Of a stretch of DNA of 64,000 bases, positions 1 to 8,923 are shown in pieces (position 1 is the stretch's first letter; every line of letters begins with the position of its first letter). The notes beneath the pieces were generated by a model. That model saw only the letters and a list, made by a program, of their open reading frames with translations. It was not told where the DNA came from and did no database searches. The position numbers were made by a program, and so were the translations under genes. This DNA comes from Christensenellaceae bacterium (lineage in GTDB: Bacteria; Bacillota; Clostridia; Christensenellales; CAG-138): NCBI GenBank assembly GCA_022510765.1, contig JAFLSU010000001.1, forward strand, positions 70,551 through 134,550, read 5' to 3'.

Positions 1-57
1 TATTATACACTGCATACCTTGGATTGGGCAATAGCAGGTATACAAAAAACAATTTAT

Positions 58-90
58 CCAAAAACGGCTCCCGTTTGCTTGGGAGCCGTG
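58..90 (-). terminator. Rho-independent terminator downstream of rho
   Basis: The 9-bp stem ACGGCTCCC (64-72) pairs with GGGAGCCGT (81-89). On the minus strand it is followed by a T-run (A-run 60-64 on plus), about 20 nt after the rho stop at 113. Confidence 0.6.
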
Positions 91-112
91 CAATTCAATT
101 CATTTGCGGCTG

Positions 113-2329
113 TCATCTGCGCAATGGATTGCGCCCGGAAGGAATATAGCCATCCTTTTCATACATGCCGATGTAATTTTTGAACTTCGCGGTAAATTCC
201 TCGTTGGAATCGGTCTTTTCAAGCATATTGATCACCTGTTCGGTCACCTCTGCGTTGTTTCCGTTGGAAAGTATACGACGCATTGAATCCACGCAGTCGC
301 GCTCATCCTCGGTAAGCAGCAGCTCATCCTTACGGGTACCCGACTTATAGATATCGACCGCTGGGAAGATGCGCTTCTCTGACAGCTTTCTGTCGAGATG
401 TATCTCCATATTGCCCGTTCCCTTGAATTCTTCATAGACCATATCGTCCATGCGTGAACCCGTCTCAACGAGTGCGGTCGCAATGACGGTGAGACTTCCG
501 CCTCCTTCAATGTTTCGCGCAGCACCAAAGAAGCGCTTGGGCTTGTGCAGCGCACCGGGATCCATACCGCCGGAAAGCGTTTTGCCGCTCGAATTGATGG
601 TGAGGTTATATGCCCTTGCAAGCCTTGTGATGGAGTCCATAAGCACTACAACATCCATGCCCATCTCTACAAGACGCATCGAGCGTTCCATTACCATTTC
701 GGCCACCCTGGTATGATGCTCGGGAAGCTCATCGAAGGTGGAATAAACGACCTCTCCCTTGATGGAACGCTGCATATCCGTAACCTCCTCAGGACGCTCG
801 TCGATAAGAAGGACGATGAGATGCACATCGGGGAAATTGTCCGCAATGCCGTTGGCTATGGACTTTAGCAGGGTCGTTTTGCCCGCCTTAGGCTGGGAAA
901 CGATCATTCCGCGCTGCCCTTTACCTATCGGCGCAATTAGGTCGATAAGGCGTATAGCGAGATTCTTCTCCTGCCCAGCGGGTTTCTCAAGGGTAAGCCT
1001 TTCATTGGGGAATATGGGGATAAGCTCCTCAAACGGCTTCCTTGCCGCCGCTTCCTCAGGCGAAACGCCATTTATCGATGTGATATACATGAGCGCAACA
1101 TATCGGTTATTGTCGCGTGTCTGTCTGGTCTTCCCTGCTACGAGATCTCCGGTGCGCAGCCGAAACCTGCGTATCTGAGAATTTGATACGTAAACATCGT
1201 TTGCTCCGGGATAATAGTTATCTATGCGAAGGAAACCGTATCCATCGGGCATGAGCTCGAGAATGCCCTCCGCTTCCTCGCACTCGCCCGATTCGATTAT
1301 CTCGTTGAGCGCAGGATTGATCGAAGGGTTTAGCTGAGGATTAATCGGTGCGTATTCGGAACCGAAATAACCGTCCGGTTTGGTATAATCGCCCGGCTGC
1401 TGAGGGAACCCTGCCTGCTGCGGAAATCCCTGCTGCTGAGGGAAGCCCTGCTGATAACCCGTTTGCTGATAGCCTTGCTGCTGAAGACCGGGCTGTTGAT
1501 ACCCTGGCTGTTGCATACCGACTTGTTGGAATCCCTGTTGCTGGAACCCCTGCGGAAAACCGGCTCTTGGATACCCCGAATTGTTGAAATCGGCAGCCTG
1601 ATTATAAAAATCATTCGGATTATAACTGTTTGTGCCGTTTCCGGAGCCGCTGCGATTCTGATAAGTATCATCACGCCGATTCCTATTGTTATTGCTGCCG
1701 TAGATTTCGCGTCTGCCGCGATTGTTGTTGTTAAAACCCGCGAAACTTTCACGCCTGCCAGCAAAACTATCGCCGCCATAGCTCTTAGGATAATTGTTTT
1801 GCTGCTGATAACCCGTTGTGCGAGCGGGTGCATAGCCCAGAGTGTAGCCACTCCTTACATCCTGCGTTGCCGTCTGCGGATTAATGGTGTTCTGCTGTGA
1901 ATGCATTCCAGACTGCCCGGGAGCAGAATAATCCTGCTTCGTCTCGGTCTGCGAAGACGCGGCGGTCGGAACTGTCTGTGAAGGAATCGAGGATGGAACC
2001 GTTTGCTCAGAAACCGTTTGCGGGAAAGTCTGTTCGGAAGCCTTAGAAGATACAGCCTTCTCGGAAGCCGTCTGCGAGACGGGCTGCGCGTCATCCTTGC
2101 CAGTCTCCCGACTCTGTTGGGAAACGGATTCGGAAGCCGGACTCTCTTTGTAGTAATCGTCATCCGAATATACTGTGAGCTTTATCTGTGCGGGACGCAC
2201 GATCCCGCCGTTCATAATGATGTCCACAAGCTCCGATTTGCGATATTTTGTAATCGACTTGACCCCTTGGGCCTTGGCTATCTCTCGAAGGCTTTCCAAG
2301 CTCTTCTCAAGCAACTGTTCTCTTGTCAT
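113..2329 (-). CDS. rho: Transcription termination factor Rho with a long Q/N/G-rich N-terminal insertion
   Basis: 738-aa ORF. It has a Rho_N-like start (MTREQLLEKSLESLREIAKAQGV..KYRKSELV), an RNA-binding segment (GILELMPDGYGFLR), a Walker A (GKGQRGMIVSQPKAGKTTLL) and a Rho C-terminal region (RIFPAVDIYKSGTRKDELL). Residues about 55-345 are low-complexity S/T/Q/N/G-rich. Confidence 0.95.
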   Translation of the reverse strand: MTREQLLEKSLESLREIAKAQGVKSITKYRKSELVDIIMNGGIVRPAQIKLTVYSDDDYYKESPASESVSQQSRETGKDDAQPVSQTASEKAVSSKASEQTFPQTVSEQTVPSSIPSQTVPTAASSQTETKQDYSAPGQSGMHSQQNTINPQTATQDVRSGYTLGYAPARTTGYQQQNNYPKSYGGDSFAGRRESFAGFNNNNRGRREIYGSNNNRNRRDDTYQNRSGSGNGTNSYNPNDFYNQAADFNNSGYPRAGFPQGFQQQGFQQVGMQQPGYQQPGLQQQGYQQTGYQQGFPQQQGFPQQAGFPQQPGDYTKPDGYFGSEYAPINPQLNPSINPALNEIIESGECEEAEGILELMPDGYGFLRIDNYYPGANDVYVSNSQIRRFRLRTGDLVAGKTRQTRDNNRYVALMYITSINGVSPEEAAARKPFEELIPIFPNERLTLEKPAGQEKNLAIRLIDLIAPIGKGQRGMIVSQPKAGKTTLLKSIANGIADNFPDVHLIVLLIDERPEEVTDMQRSIKGEVVYSTFDELPEHHTRVAEMVMERSMRLVEMGMDVVVLMDSITRLARAYNLTINSSGKTLSGGMDPGALHKPKRFFGAARNIEGGGSLTVIATALVETGSRMDDMVYEEFKGTGNMEIHLDRKLSEKRIFPAVDIYKSGTRKDELLLTEDERDCVDSMRRILSNGNNAEVTEQVINMLEKTDSNEEFTAKFKNYIGMYEKDGYIPSGRNPLRR

Positions 2330-2435
2330 GGCAATCTCCCATTTGACTATTTTTTCTCAATGAACCTGGTTTTGGTGACAGTACATATTCTATATAATAC
2401 AACGGTCCCTGTATTTACCATTATCTCACATGTAA

Positions 2436-2464
2436 ACCATACATCGAAAACACGGTTTTGTCAA
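2436..2464 (-). promoter_or_regulatory. Candidate sigma-A promoter of rho
   Basis: On the minus strand, TTGACA (2464-2459) is followed by a 17-nt spacer and TATGGT (2441-2436), about 100 nt upstream of the rho ATG. Confidence 0.45.
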
Positions 2465-2855
2465 TAGCAATTTTTTAAACTTTTGCGATAGATTGTGTCG
2501 ATTTTCGAAAAGTTTCGAAAATACGGCCTGTTTAGACGCTCAAAAACGCAGTTTTATGGCAAGAGGCACCGGATACTGAGGTCGAAACGTCTTAAATTCA
2601 AAATCCATCAGAATTGTTCGCTCAAGCTTTTCGGGGCATTGACAAATCCATATTATAATTATATCATTCTATTCGTTGGAGTATTCCACTGCCGCCAAAA
2701 ATTGTTTTTTGACAAAATATCGACCGTACCAAACGCTGTTTGACGGTCGATGCCAGCGGTTGCGCATACCAAATGGCGGCTGTTGTTTCGCAGTGCGAAG
2801 ATGAACCGATACGACGGATAAAACCATACAAATACGCAAAGGAGCATTAAATTAA

Positions 2856-3440
2856 ATGCGTTTGATCATTGCTTCAAATAACGCGAATAAGGTTCGCGAA
2901 ATCAAAGAGATCCTCGGTGCCCGATTCGATGAAGTGCTGTCCATGCGCGAAGCGGGTATAGTCCTCGATGTTGACGAGGATGCCGATACTTTCATGGGTA
3001 ATGCCCGCAAAAAGGCTGAGGCGGTAAGGCAGCTCGCGCCTTCCGACGCGGTTCTTGCGGATGATTCGGGTCTGTGCGTTGACGCGCTTAACGGCGCGCC
3101 CGGCGTGTATTCGGCAAGGTATGCGGGCGACGGTCACGATGATGCCGAAAACCGCAAAAAACTGCTTAATGCACTGGCTGATGTTCCGTTTGAAGATCGC
3201 GGGGCACATTTCGCATGCGCGATGGTGCTGCTCGGCGAAAATATCGACGACATTGAAGCATATGGGCGCGTTGATGGCAAGATCATGTTGGAAGAACGCG
3301 GCGAAAACGGCTTTGGTTATGATTCCCTGTTCCTTTACGAACCGTTCGGCCTTAGCTTTGCGGAAATCGATGCCGAGCGTAAAAATGCAGTAAGTCATCG
3401 CCGCAATGCCCTGATGCTGGTGCTTTCCGCGCTTGGATGA
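2856..3440 (+). CDS. rdgB: Non-canonical purine NTP pyrophosphatase (RdgB/HAM1 family)
   Basis: 194 aa. MRLIIASNNANKVREIKEIL, the GFGYDSLF segment and SHRRNAL are typical of the Ham1/RdgB family. An AAAGGAG RBS sits upstream. Confidence 0.9.
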   Translation: MRLIIASNNANKVREIKEILGARFDEVLSMREAGIVLDVDEDADTFMGNARKKAEAVRQLAPSDAVLADDSGLCVDALNGAPGVYSARYAGDGHDDAENRKKLLNALADVPFEDRGAHFACAMVLLGENIDDIEAYGRVDGKIMLEERGENGFGYDSLFLYEPFGLSFAEIDAERKNAVSHRRNALMLVLSALG

Positions 3441-3518
3441 GCCAATATGGCTAAGGTGAGGGGAGTCGAACAGCATCGGTAAACGCAGTGCTTATTAAAA
3501 GCACCAGATTTATTAAAT

Positions 3519-4013
3519 ATGAAGAAGATTGGCGTAATAAGCGATACCCACAGTAACTGTACAGCAATTGATCGCTGCATATTAAAAGCACCCGATGTGG
3601 ATATGTGGCTTCATCTTGGAGATTTCCTGCTCGATGCGGAAGAATTGCAGCTTCGAAGCGGGAAGCCGGTTCACGCAGTAAAGGGAAATTGCGATCTTAT
3701 CTGCCCCGCTTCCTTAAAACCCGTTGATACAGAAATAGTTGTTTCGATTGAAGAGACTAAGCTCCTGCTTGTGCATGGACACATGCATGGAATCGGGGAT
3801 TATCCGAATATGAAAGCTGCCTACAGAGCCGAGGAACTTGGCTGCAACGTGCTTCTTTACGGACATACCCATGTTTCTGAGGTGGATGCGTATGGGAATC
3901 TACTCATAGCAAATCCGGGAAGCCCTTCGAGACCACGCCAAGGGCGAAAACCCTCGTTTGCAATACTCGAAGTAAATGGCGGAAAGGTGAGTGCGCATAT
4001 CGTCACGCTGTAA
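3519..4013 (+). CDS. YfcE/MJ0936-family metallophosphoesterase
   Basis: 164 aa with the calcineurin-like motif series DTH (ISDTHSN), GD (HLGDF), GNCD, VHGH and GHTH. The rdgB-adjacent position matches the ysnA-ysnB arrangement in Bacillus. Confidence 0.85.
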   Translation: MKKIGVISDTHSNCTAIDRCILKAPDVDMWLHLGDFLLDAEELQLRSGKPVHAVKGNCDLICPASLKPVDTEIVVSIEETKLLLVHGHMHGIGDYPNMKAAYRAEELGCNVLLYGHTHVSEVDAYGNLLIANPGSPSRPRQGRKPSFAILEVNGGKVSAHIVTL

Positions 4014-4108
4014 GGCTTAGCGGTCTTCCGCTTTTATGCTCAAACCCACCTTCAAATACGCTCGTTTTTACCATTGCAAACGCCGGACTTATCTGTTATA
4101 ATTTTTAT

Positions 4109-5578
4109 ATGAAAAAGCTGTATACTTCATTTGGTATCGGCAGGCGTAATTTCTTTGCGTGGGCATCGGCATTGTGCATGCTGCTGTCTCTAACGGCAAG
4201 AATCGTTTATTACAGTCTCTCCGTTGAAGGAGCGGAGGGCGTCGGAACGACTTTTTTTGCCTTTTTCTTTTTGATTGTACCAATCATTGCCAACGCATGG
4301 TTCATTTGCGCACTGCTCGTACACGGTGAAAACCGCCTCTACAAAACAATATCCCCCGTCTACCTCGGCGCGGTCTTTTTCACAGCAAGGATCTGCACCC
4401 TGTATGCGAGCCCCGCAAATTACATCGTCACCTCAAGGTGGCATGTCGCGCTCTGCATCATTTTTTACATCGCCGCCTGTGTCATTTACAGGTTGACCGT
4501 CAATGCGGGCGGGATCAAAAACCGCATTCCGGCTTTGCTCATCTTTTTACTTCCGTTTATTTATCACATAGCAATCGAAGATTTCCCGAGATTTGCGGAG
4601 CATCCCGAGATTTCCTATTGGCTTGCTGAGATTTCAATATTGCTGATGATGCTTTCGATCATCCTTGTCGTTATCGGCATGAGAAAGCTCCAAAGCGAAA
4701 TGCCCTTGCCGATGCGAGGCGACCGCTGCGACGGACGTAGGCTTCGTTCGCTCGATCCAATATCCGGCGTTGGCGTATACATTATGCCCGATCGCAACGG
4801 AGCAAGTAATCTGTTTATGGATTGCTTCGAATGCTCCAATGCGGAAAAGTACATAAGGCAGAAGCGCGACGAGGGACTGTCAAGCTTTGGCTACACCCAC
4901 TTGATATTGGCTGCATATGTGCGTACCGTTTCGCAGCGTCCTGCGGTCAACCGATTTATCAGCGGTCAAAAGATATATTCCCGTGGCGATGAGATTGAAG
5001 TCTCGATGGCGATAAAGAAGGAAATGACGACCGATGCCTCCGAAACCATTATCACCATATATTTTTCACCCGAGGATACCGCAAAGGATGTCTACGAAAA
5101 GTTTAATGCGGAACTTGAAAAAGCAAAGGGATCGAGTGAGCTAGACAGCAGCTTCGACAAGCTTGCGGGGCTTCTCAACCTAATCCCGGGCGTGTTTATG
5201 AAGTTCACTGTTTGGCTTTTCAAAACCATGGATTATTTTGGAATGCTCCCCCGCTGGCTGCTGAGGCTCAGTCCGTTCCATGCGTCCTTGTTCATTACAA
5301 GCATGGGTTCGCTCGGCATTCCGCCCATCTATCATCATTTATATGATTTTGGAAATATCCCGATCTTCGTCGCGTTCGGGATCAAGCGCAGGGAGAACGA
5401 GCTTCAAGCGGATGGCTCGATCGTGCAACATAAGTACATCGATTTTTCCGTCGTTACTGACGAACGCATTTGTGATGGCTTCTACTTTGCTTCGTCAATA
5501 AAGCAGATGAAGCGTTTCCTTGCGAATCCCGAAAAGCTCGATGTTCCGCCCGAAACAATTGTTAGGGATGTTGACTGA
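4109..5578 (+). CDS. Polytopic membrane protein with a C-terminal 2-oxoacid dehydrogenase acyltransferase (E2 catalytic, CAT-like) domain and no lipoyl domain
   Basis: 489 aa. The N-terminal roughly 195 aa contain several hydrophobic helices. The C-terminal roughly 285 aa end in ..FSVVTDERICDGFYFASSIKQMKRFLANPEKL, which resembles the E2 motif ..S.DHR.IDG...A.FL..L...LE.P..L. Confidence 0.7.
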   Translation: MKKLYTSFGIGRRNFFAWASALCMLLSLTARIVYYSLSVEGAEGVGTTFFAFFFLIVPIIANAWFICALLVHGENRLYKTISPVYLGAVFFTARICTLYASPANYIVTSRWHVALCIIFYIAACVIYRLTVNAGGIKNRIPALLIFLLPFIYHIAIEDFPRFAEHPEISYWLAEISILLMMLSIILVVIGMRKLQSEMPLPMRGDRCDGRRLRSLDPISGVGVYIMPDRNGASNLFMDCFECSNAEKYIRQKRDEGLSSFGYTHLILAAYVRTVSQRPAVNRFISGQKIYSRGDEIEVSMAIKKEMTTDASETIITIYFSPEDTAKDVYEKFNAELEKAKGSSELDSSFDKLAGLLNLIPGVFMKFTVWLFKTMDYFGMLPRWLLRLSPFHASLFITSMGSLGIPPIYHHLYDFGNIPIFVAFGIKRRENELQADGSIVQHKYIDFSVVTDERICDGFYFASSIKQMKRFLANPEKLDVPPETIVRDVD

Positions 5579-5600
5579 GTTACAAAAACAAATATGTTTC

Positions 5601-5640
5601 AAAAAGGGGTTATGCAAAAAGCCGCATAACCCCCTTTATA
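5601..5640. terminator. Bidirectional intrinsic terminator between convergent genes
   Basis: The 10-bp stem GGGGTTATGC (5606-5615) pairs with GCATAACCCC (5624-5633). An A-run lies 5' and a T-run 3'. Confidence 0.6.
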
Positions 5641-5736
5641 ATCACTGTTAATCTTTATGTATTTGATCTTATTCTACTTTATTATAATGCGGTTTCAATG
5701 TACGCTGATCGGAATTAAGCTGAATCTCGTTCGGTG

Positions 5737-6534
5737 TTAACTTTCGGTTATCTTTCGGGATACGTTCTTAAACATTTTGCTTGCATCGTCTATTCTAAAC
5801 CCGTAAAACTTCACTCGCAGACATGAACCCTCCCCAAGCTGCCAATAGAGAACAAGCGTTCCTTCGCCTTCAAATTCTCCGACCTCGCCAACCTTGAGCT
5901 TGTACGGAGCAGATTCAATAATTGTACATTCAAAATACTTTTCCTCGCCTGAAGAATCGGTGCCTTTGGAAGCAATGCGCTTTGACTCGTTATCTATAAG
6001 TGTACTCATATAGTCGGGAAGTTCCGACGGAAGCAATGTAGAAATTGATGTAAAATCTGCATCATCGGGTATGCCAGCATAGTTGCAGCGCGTATAGAAA
6101 GTCGGAATGGTACTGTAAGATGGTTCCGACGTTTCCTTACTCACATTGCCGGTAATCTGGGGATTGATGTCGCTAGTTGGTAAACCCTGAACTCCCGAAT
6201 TAGTAACCTCACTGGGACGGATGGTGTTCATAGCCTCCTGCGTCTTATGATGACTGAAATTCAAACCAACGCCACCGATTATAGCCGCCGCTCCAAAGCA
6301 TACGAGCAGAGCGGCGGCCGCCATGAGCAGATACTGCTTTATCCTGCTGCGCTTTTGCTCGGAAGCAAGCACTCTTTTCTTGATACCTGAAAAATCAACC
6401 TCGGCATTGATTTGGTCGGCAACGGAATGAAGAACGGCATCGATCTTCGCCAGCTCCTCAGCATCGCACAAATCGAGCATATTCTCAAAAAGCTCGTTGG
6501 TCTGTGTTATGTTTTTGCATCTGTCATCGTTCAT
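5737..6534 (-). CDS. Putative anti-sigma factor (single-pass membrane protein)
   Basis: I call the start at the internal ATG (MNDDRCKN..), which overlaps the sigma-gene stop by 11 nt (ATGAACGATGA). It has one TM helix (YLLMAAAALLVCFGAAAIIGGVGL) and an extracytoplasmic domain of unknown family. The function is inferred from context. Confidence 0.6.
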   Translation of the reverse strand: MNDDRCKNITQTNELFENMLDLCDAEELAKIDAVLHSVADQINAEVDFSGIKKRVLASEQKRSRIKQYLLMAAAALLVCFGAAAIIGGVGLNFSHHKTQEAMNTIRPSEVTNSGVQGLPTSDINPQITGNVSKETSEPSYSTIPTFYTRCNYAGIPDDADFTSISTLLPSELPDYMSTLIDNESKRIASKGTDSSGEEKYFECTIIESAPYKLKVGEVGEFEGEGTLVLYWQLGEGSCLRVKFYGFRIDDASKMFKNVSRKITES

Positions 6535-7135
6535 CGTATACGACCTCCGACCCGAGCAGCCCTGCCAACAGGGTTCTTGCGCGCACAAGGCGCGATTTAA
6601 CGGTACCCTCACTGATACCCGTATTCTGTGAAATTTCACGAACGGTCATTTCGGAGAAGTAGTGCAGCAAAACGACCTCTTTATATATATCATCAAGCTT
6701 GTCTATTGCCTGACGAACGGCCATTCGCTGGAGCTTATCTTCGACCTCGATATCCGGCAGCGCGTCCGAATCTGCAACATCGTCTCCGAGCGGTTCATCT
6801 TTCAAAAGCTCCCGCGTAGATTTTCGCGTCGTGTCGAGCGCAAGGTTTGTGGAAACCTTGTAAAGCCATCCCTTAAGCTGCGCGTCGTTAAGCTCGGACA
6901 GCTTACCCATGTGGCGAATGACCTTCTCAAACACCGATTGGGTAATGTCCTCAGCCGTTTCACAATTGGATACGACCTTATACGCCGCCCAGTAGACGAG
7001 ACGTGAATAATCATTATAGATCATGTCGAAATTGCGCTCAGCCAATTCCCACTCTCCATTAATATAACGCACAACGCCGAACAACGGTTGCATTATTTTT
7101 AAAAAACATTGTATCGCCCGAAATCGCTTCTTCAA
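6524..7135 (-). CDS. ECF-type sigma-70 family RNA polymerase sigma factor
   Basis: It has a region 2 (YNDYSRLVYWAAYKVVSNCETAEDITQSVFEKV) and a region 4 HTH (LLHYFSEMTVREISQNTGISEGTVKSRLVRAR). The start codon is uncertain: TTG at 7135, ATG at 7093, or later. Confidence 0.85.
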   Translation of the reverse strand: MKKRFRAIQCFLKIMQPLFGVVRYINGEWELAERNFDMIYNDYSRLVYWAAYKVVSNCETAEDITQSVFEKVIRHMGKLSELNDAQLKGWLYKVSTNLALDTTRKSTRELLKDEPLGDDVADSDALPDIEVEDKLQRMAVRQAIDKLDDIYKEVVLLHYFSEMTVREISQNTGISEGTVKSRLVRARTLLAGLLGSEVVYDER

Positions 7136-7224
7136 GCGTATTCACGGTATTATACCATGCCCGCACTATGACAGGCAAACTTACGGTTTAATTTTAAAGA
7201 ATCGAAAACGATTCGTTCAATTTT

Positions 7225-8112
7225 TTAGTTCTCTCCACGTTCATGGATTATAAAATCGAAATAGCCTTCCATTCCGTCCTTCGTGCTTACGGTGATCTCG
7301 GCTGCACAGACGCTATCCATCGCGAACGCGAGTATCGCCGCGCCATACAGAATGACGTCATGGCGCTCTACAAGCAGCGGATTTCCCCTGCGCGCCGGCC
7401 CGAGATCGTGCAAATGCCCGATGAGATTCTCAACATCATCGCGGGTCAGAACCGAACCGTCCACGCGAGTCGAATCGAATTTATCAAGCCCGAGCTTGAG
7501 CGCGGCAAGCGTCGTTATGCTACCGCCCACGCCAGCGCACTTTGCGAGAATAAGCTTTGGAACACGCACTATGGAACGAATATACTCAGTAAGGGCTTCG
7601 CGCTGAAAAGACCAGTTATCATCGCAGTCCGCCGAACCCGTGCGCGCAAGCGCAATATCCTTTCCGCGCACACAGCCGATTGGATAGCTTATACCAAATC
7701 CTTCCGACATGATTTGCGTCGATGCTCCGCCTACGTCTATGAGCCCTCCGCCATGGGGCGCGGCGGCACGATAGGCATACTCTGCCTCCCTTTCGCCCGA
7801 AAGCACATCCGGCATCACTCCCGATGCGGCATACACGGCGGCAAGGAATTCATCACGATTGCTCGCATCACGCACCGCGCTCGTTGCATATGCAACGGGA
7901 TAATAGCCTGCATGTCTCGCATTTGCTGCAAGAGCTGCGATCACCGAAACGCTGCGCGCCATACTCTTTTGACTCAATCTGCCGCTGCTCGCAAGTCCGG
8001 AACCGAGGCGCGTGGTGATAACCTTCTTGTCCCCGCCCCCCTGCTCCATATAGCGTATCGAATTGGAGCCGATGTCTATAACCGCATACATGCTATGATT
8101 CACATTGCTCAT
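7225..8112 (-). CDS. Ppx/GppA-family phosphatase (exopolyphosphatase-like)
   Basis: YAVIDIGSNSIRYM is the phosphate-1 motif of the ASKHA fold, and DVGGAST is the second motif. The start is set at the second ATG (MSNVNH), which has GGAGG upstream. Confidence 0.85.
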   Translation of the reverse strand: MSNVNHSMYAVIDIGSNSIRYMEQGGGDKKVITTRLGSGLASSGRLSQKSMARSVSVIAALAANARHAGYYPVAYATSAVRDASNRDEFLAAVYAASGVMPDVLSGEREAEYAYRAAAPHGGGLIDVGGASTQIMSEGFGISYPIGCVRGKDIALARTGSADCDDNWSFQREALTEYIRSIVRVPKLILAKCAGVGGSITTLAALKLGLDKFDSTRVDGSVLTRDDVENLIGHLHDLGPARRGNPLLVERHDVILYGAAILAFAMDSVCAAEITVSTKDGMEGYFDFIIHERGEN

Positions 8113-8263
8113 CTCCGAGGTGTCCTCCCCCATGCTCTAAAAAACAAAATCGGCCGAACCGACCCCTTTTATCGAGATCCGACCGAACTCACATCATTCT
8201 TACGCAAACACCCTATAACGCCATGAAGTAATGCCATGCCTCCATACTGAAAAACGCTTCGGC

Positions 8264-8671
8264 CTATGGTGTCGCACCACCTTCTTGGGGCGTGACACCT
8301 TCCGGAGCCATGCTGCTTTCCGGAGTTTCAGACGGCAAGGTTGTTATGTGCTGCGGAACAATGGTCGGTATGGGAGCATTCGGGTCATCGACATCAACAC
8401 GAATATCGCCCTCAAGCATGAAGCCGAGGTTTTCACGCGCATAACGAAGCAAAAACTCCACGCTGCCCGTGTATTCGAGCATTTCCTCCATGCCATCGTA
8501 TTTTAGGAGCAGCTCGTTAAGCTGAGCGGTTAGCCGCTGCTTTTCTTCCTCCAGCTCACGAAGCTTTTCCCTTTGGGCGGGGATTACGGACAACAGGACG
8601 ACTATGAGCACGATCACCGCAACTGCTGCGGAAACCCATAGCGCAATGCGAATCTTTTTTTTCTTCGTCAT
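8264..8671 (-). CDS. Septum formation initiator family protein (FtsB/DivIC-like)
   Basis: 135 aa. A basic N-terminus is followed by one TM helix, a coiled coil (QREKLRELEEEKQRLTAQLNEL) and the conserved YARENLGF-type segment. Confidence 0.8.
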   Translation of the reverse strand: MTKKKKIRIALWVSAAVAVIVLIVVLLSVIPAQREKLRELEEEKQRLTAQLNELLLKYDGMEEMLEYTGSVEFLLRYARENLGFMLEGDIRVDVDDPNAPIPTIVPQHITTLPSETPESSMAPEGVTPQEGGATP

Positions 8672-8923
8672 GTGCCTACCCCCCTAAATGCTTTGCGGCA
8701 TGGTTCGTGCCGTGTGCTAATATTATGCATCAAATTTTCTGCGATTGCAAGTGATAATGCAAAAATTGCAGAAAAATGGACGTAAAATGCCAAAAAATGG
8801 TTGCAAAAAGCAATAGGAGGCATATGCGATCAAATCGTTGGTATTACGATGGCGTTTTCGCATGTGCTAAATGCATCTAATGAGTACGGACTCACAAACC
8901 CATACACTTCGTATCAGCACTCA

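Noticed and set aside
2495-2743. An 82-aa ORF in the 520-bp rho-rdgB intergenic region, and an apparently structured leader of about 190 nt (2668-2855). The leader has a 9-bp stem ATCGACCGT/ACGGTCGAT at about 2719-2751 and sits downstream of a possible TTGACA-17-TATCAT promoter at 2639-2667.
   Set aside because: The ORF has no RBS, is basic and low-complexity, and overlaps the rho promoter region. I could not match the leader to any riboswitch or T-box class from memory, so it stays an unexplained intergenic region rather than a called feature.
3453-3471. The 19-nt motif AAGG(T/C)GAGGGGAGTCGAAC occurs just after the rdgB stop and again just after the mreB stop (40524-40542), an 18 of 19 match. 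It looked like a conserved 3'-UTR element.
   Set aside because: A rough estimate of about 4e9 position pairs times about 2e-10 per pair gives on the order of one such 18 of 19 match by chance in a 64-kb window. The flanks do not align and there is no shared secondary structure. I do not consider it supported.
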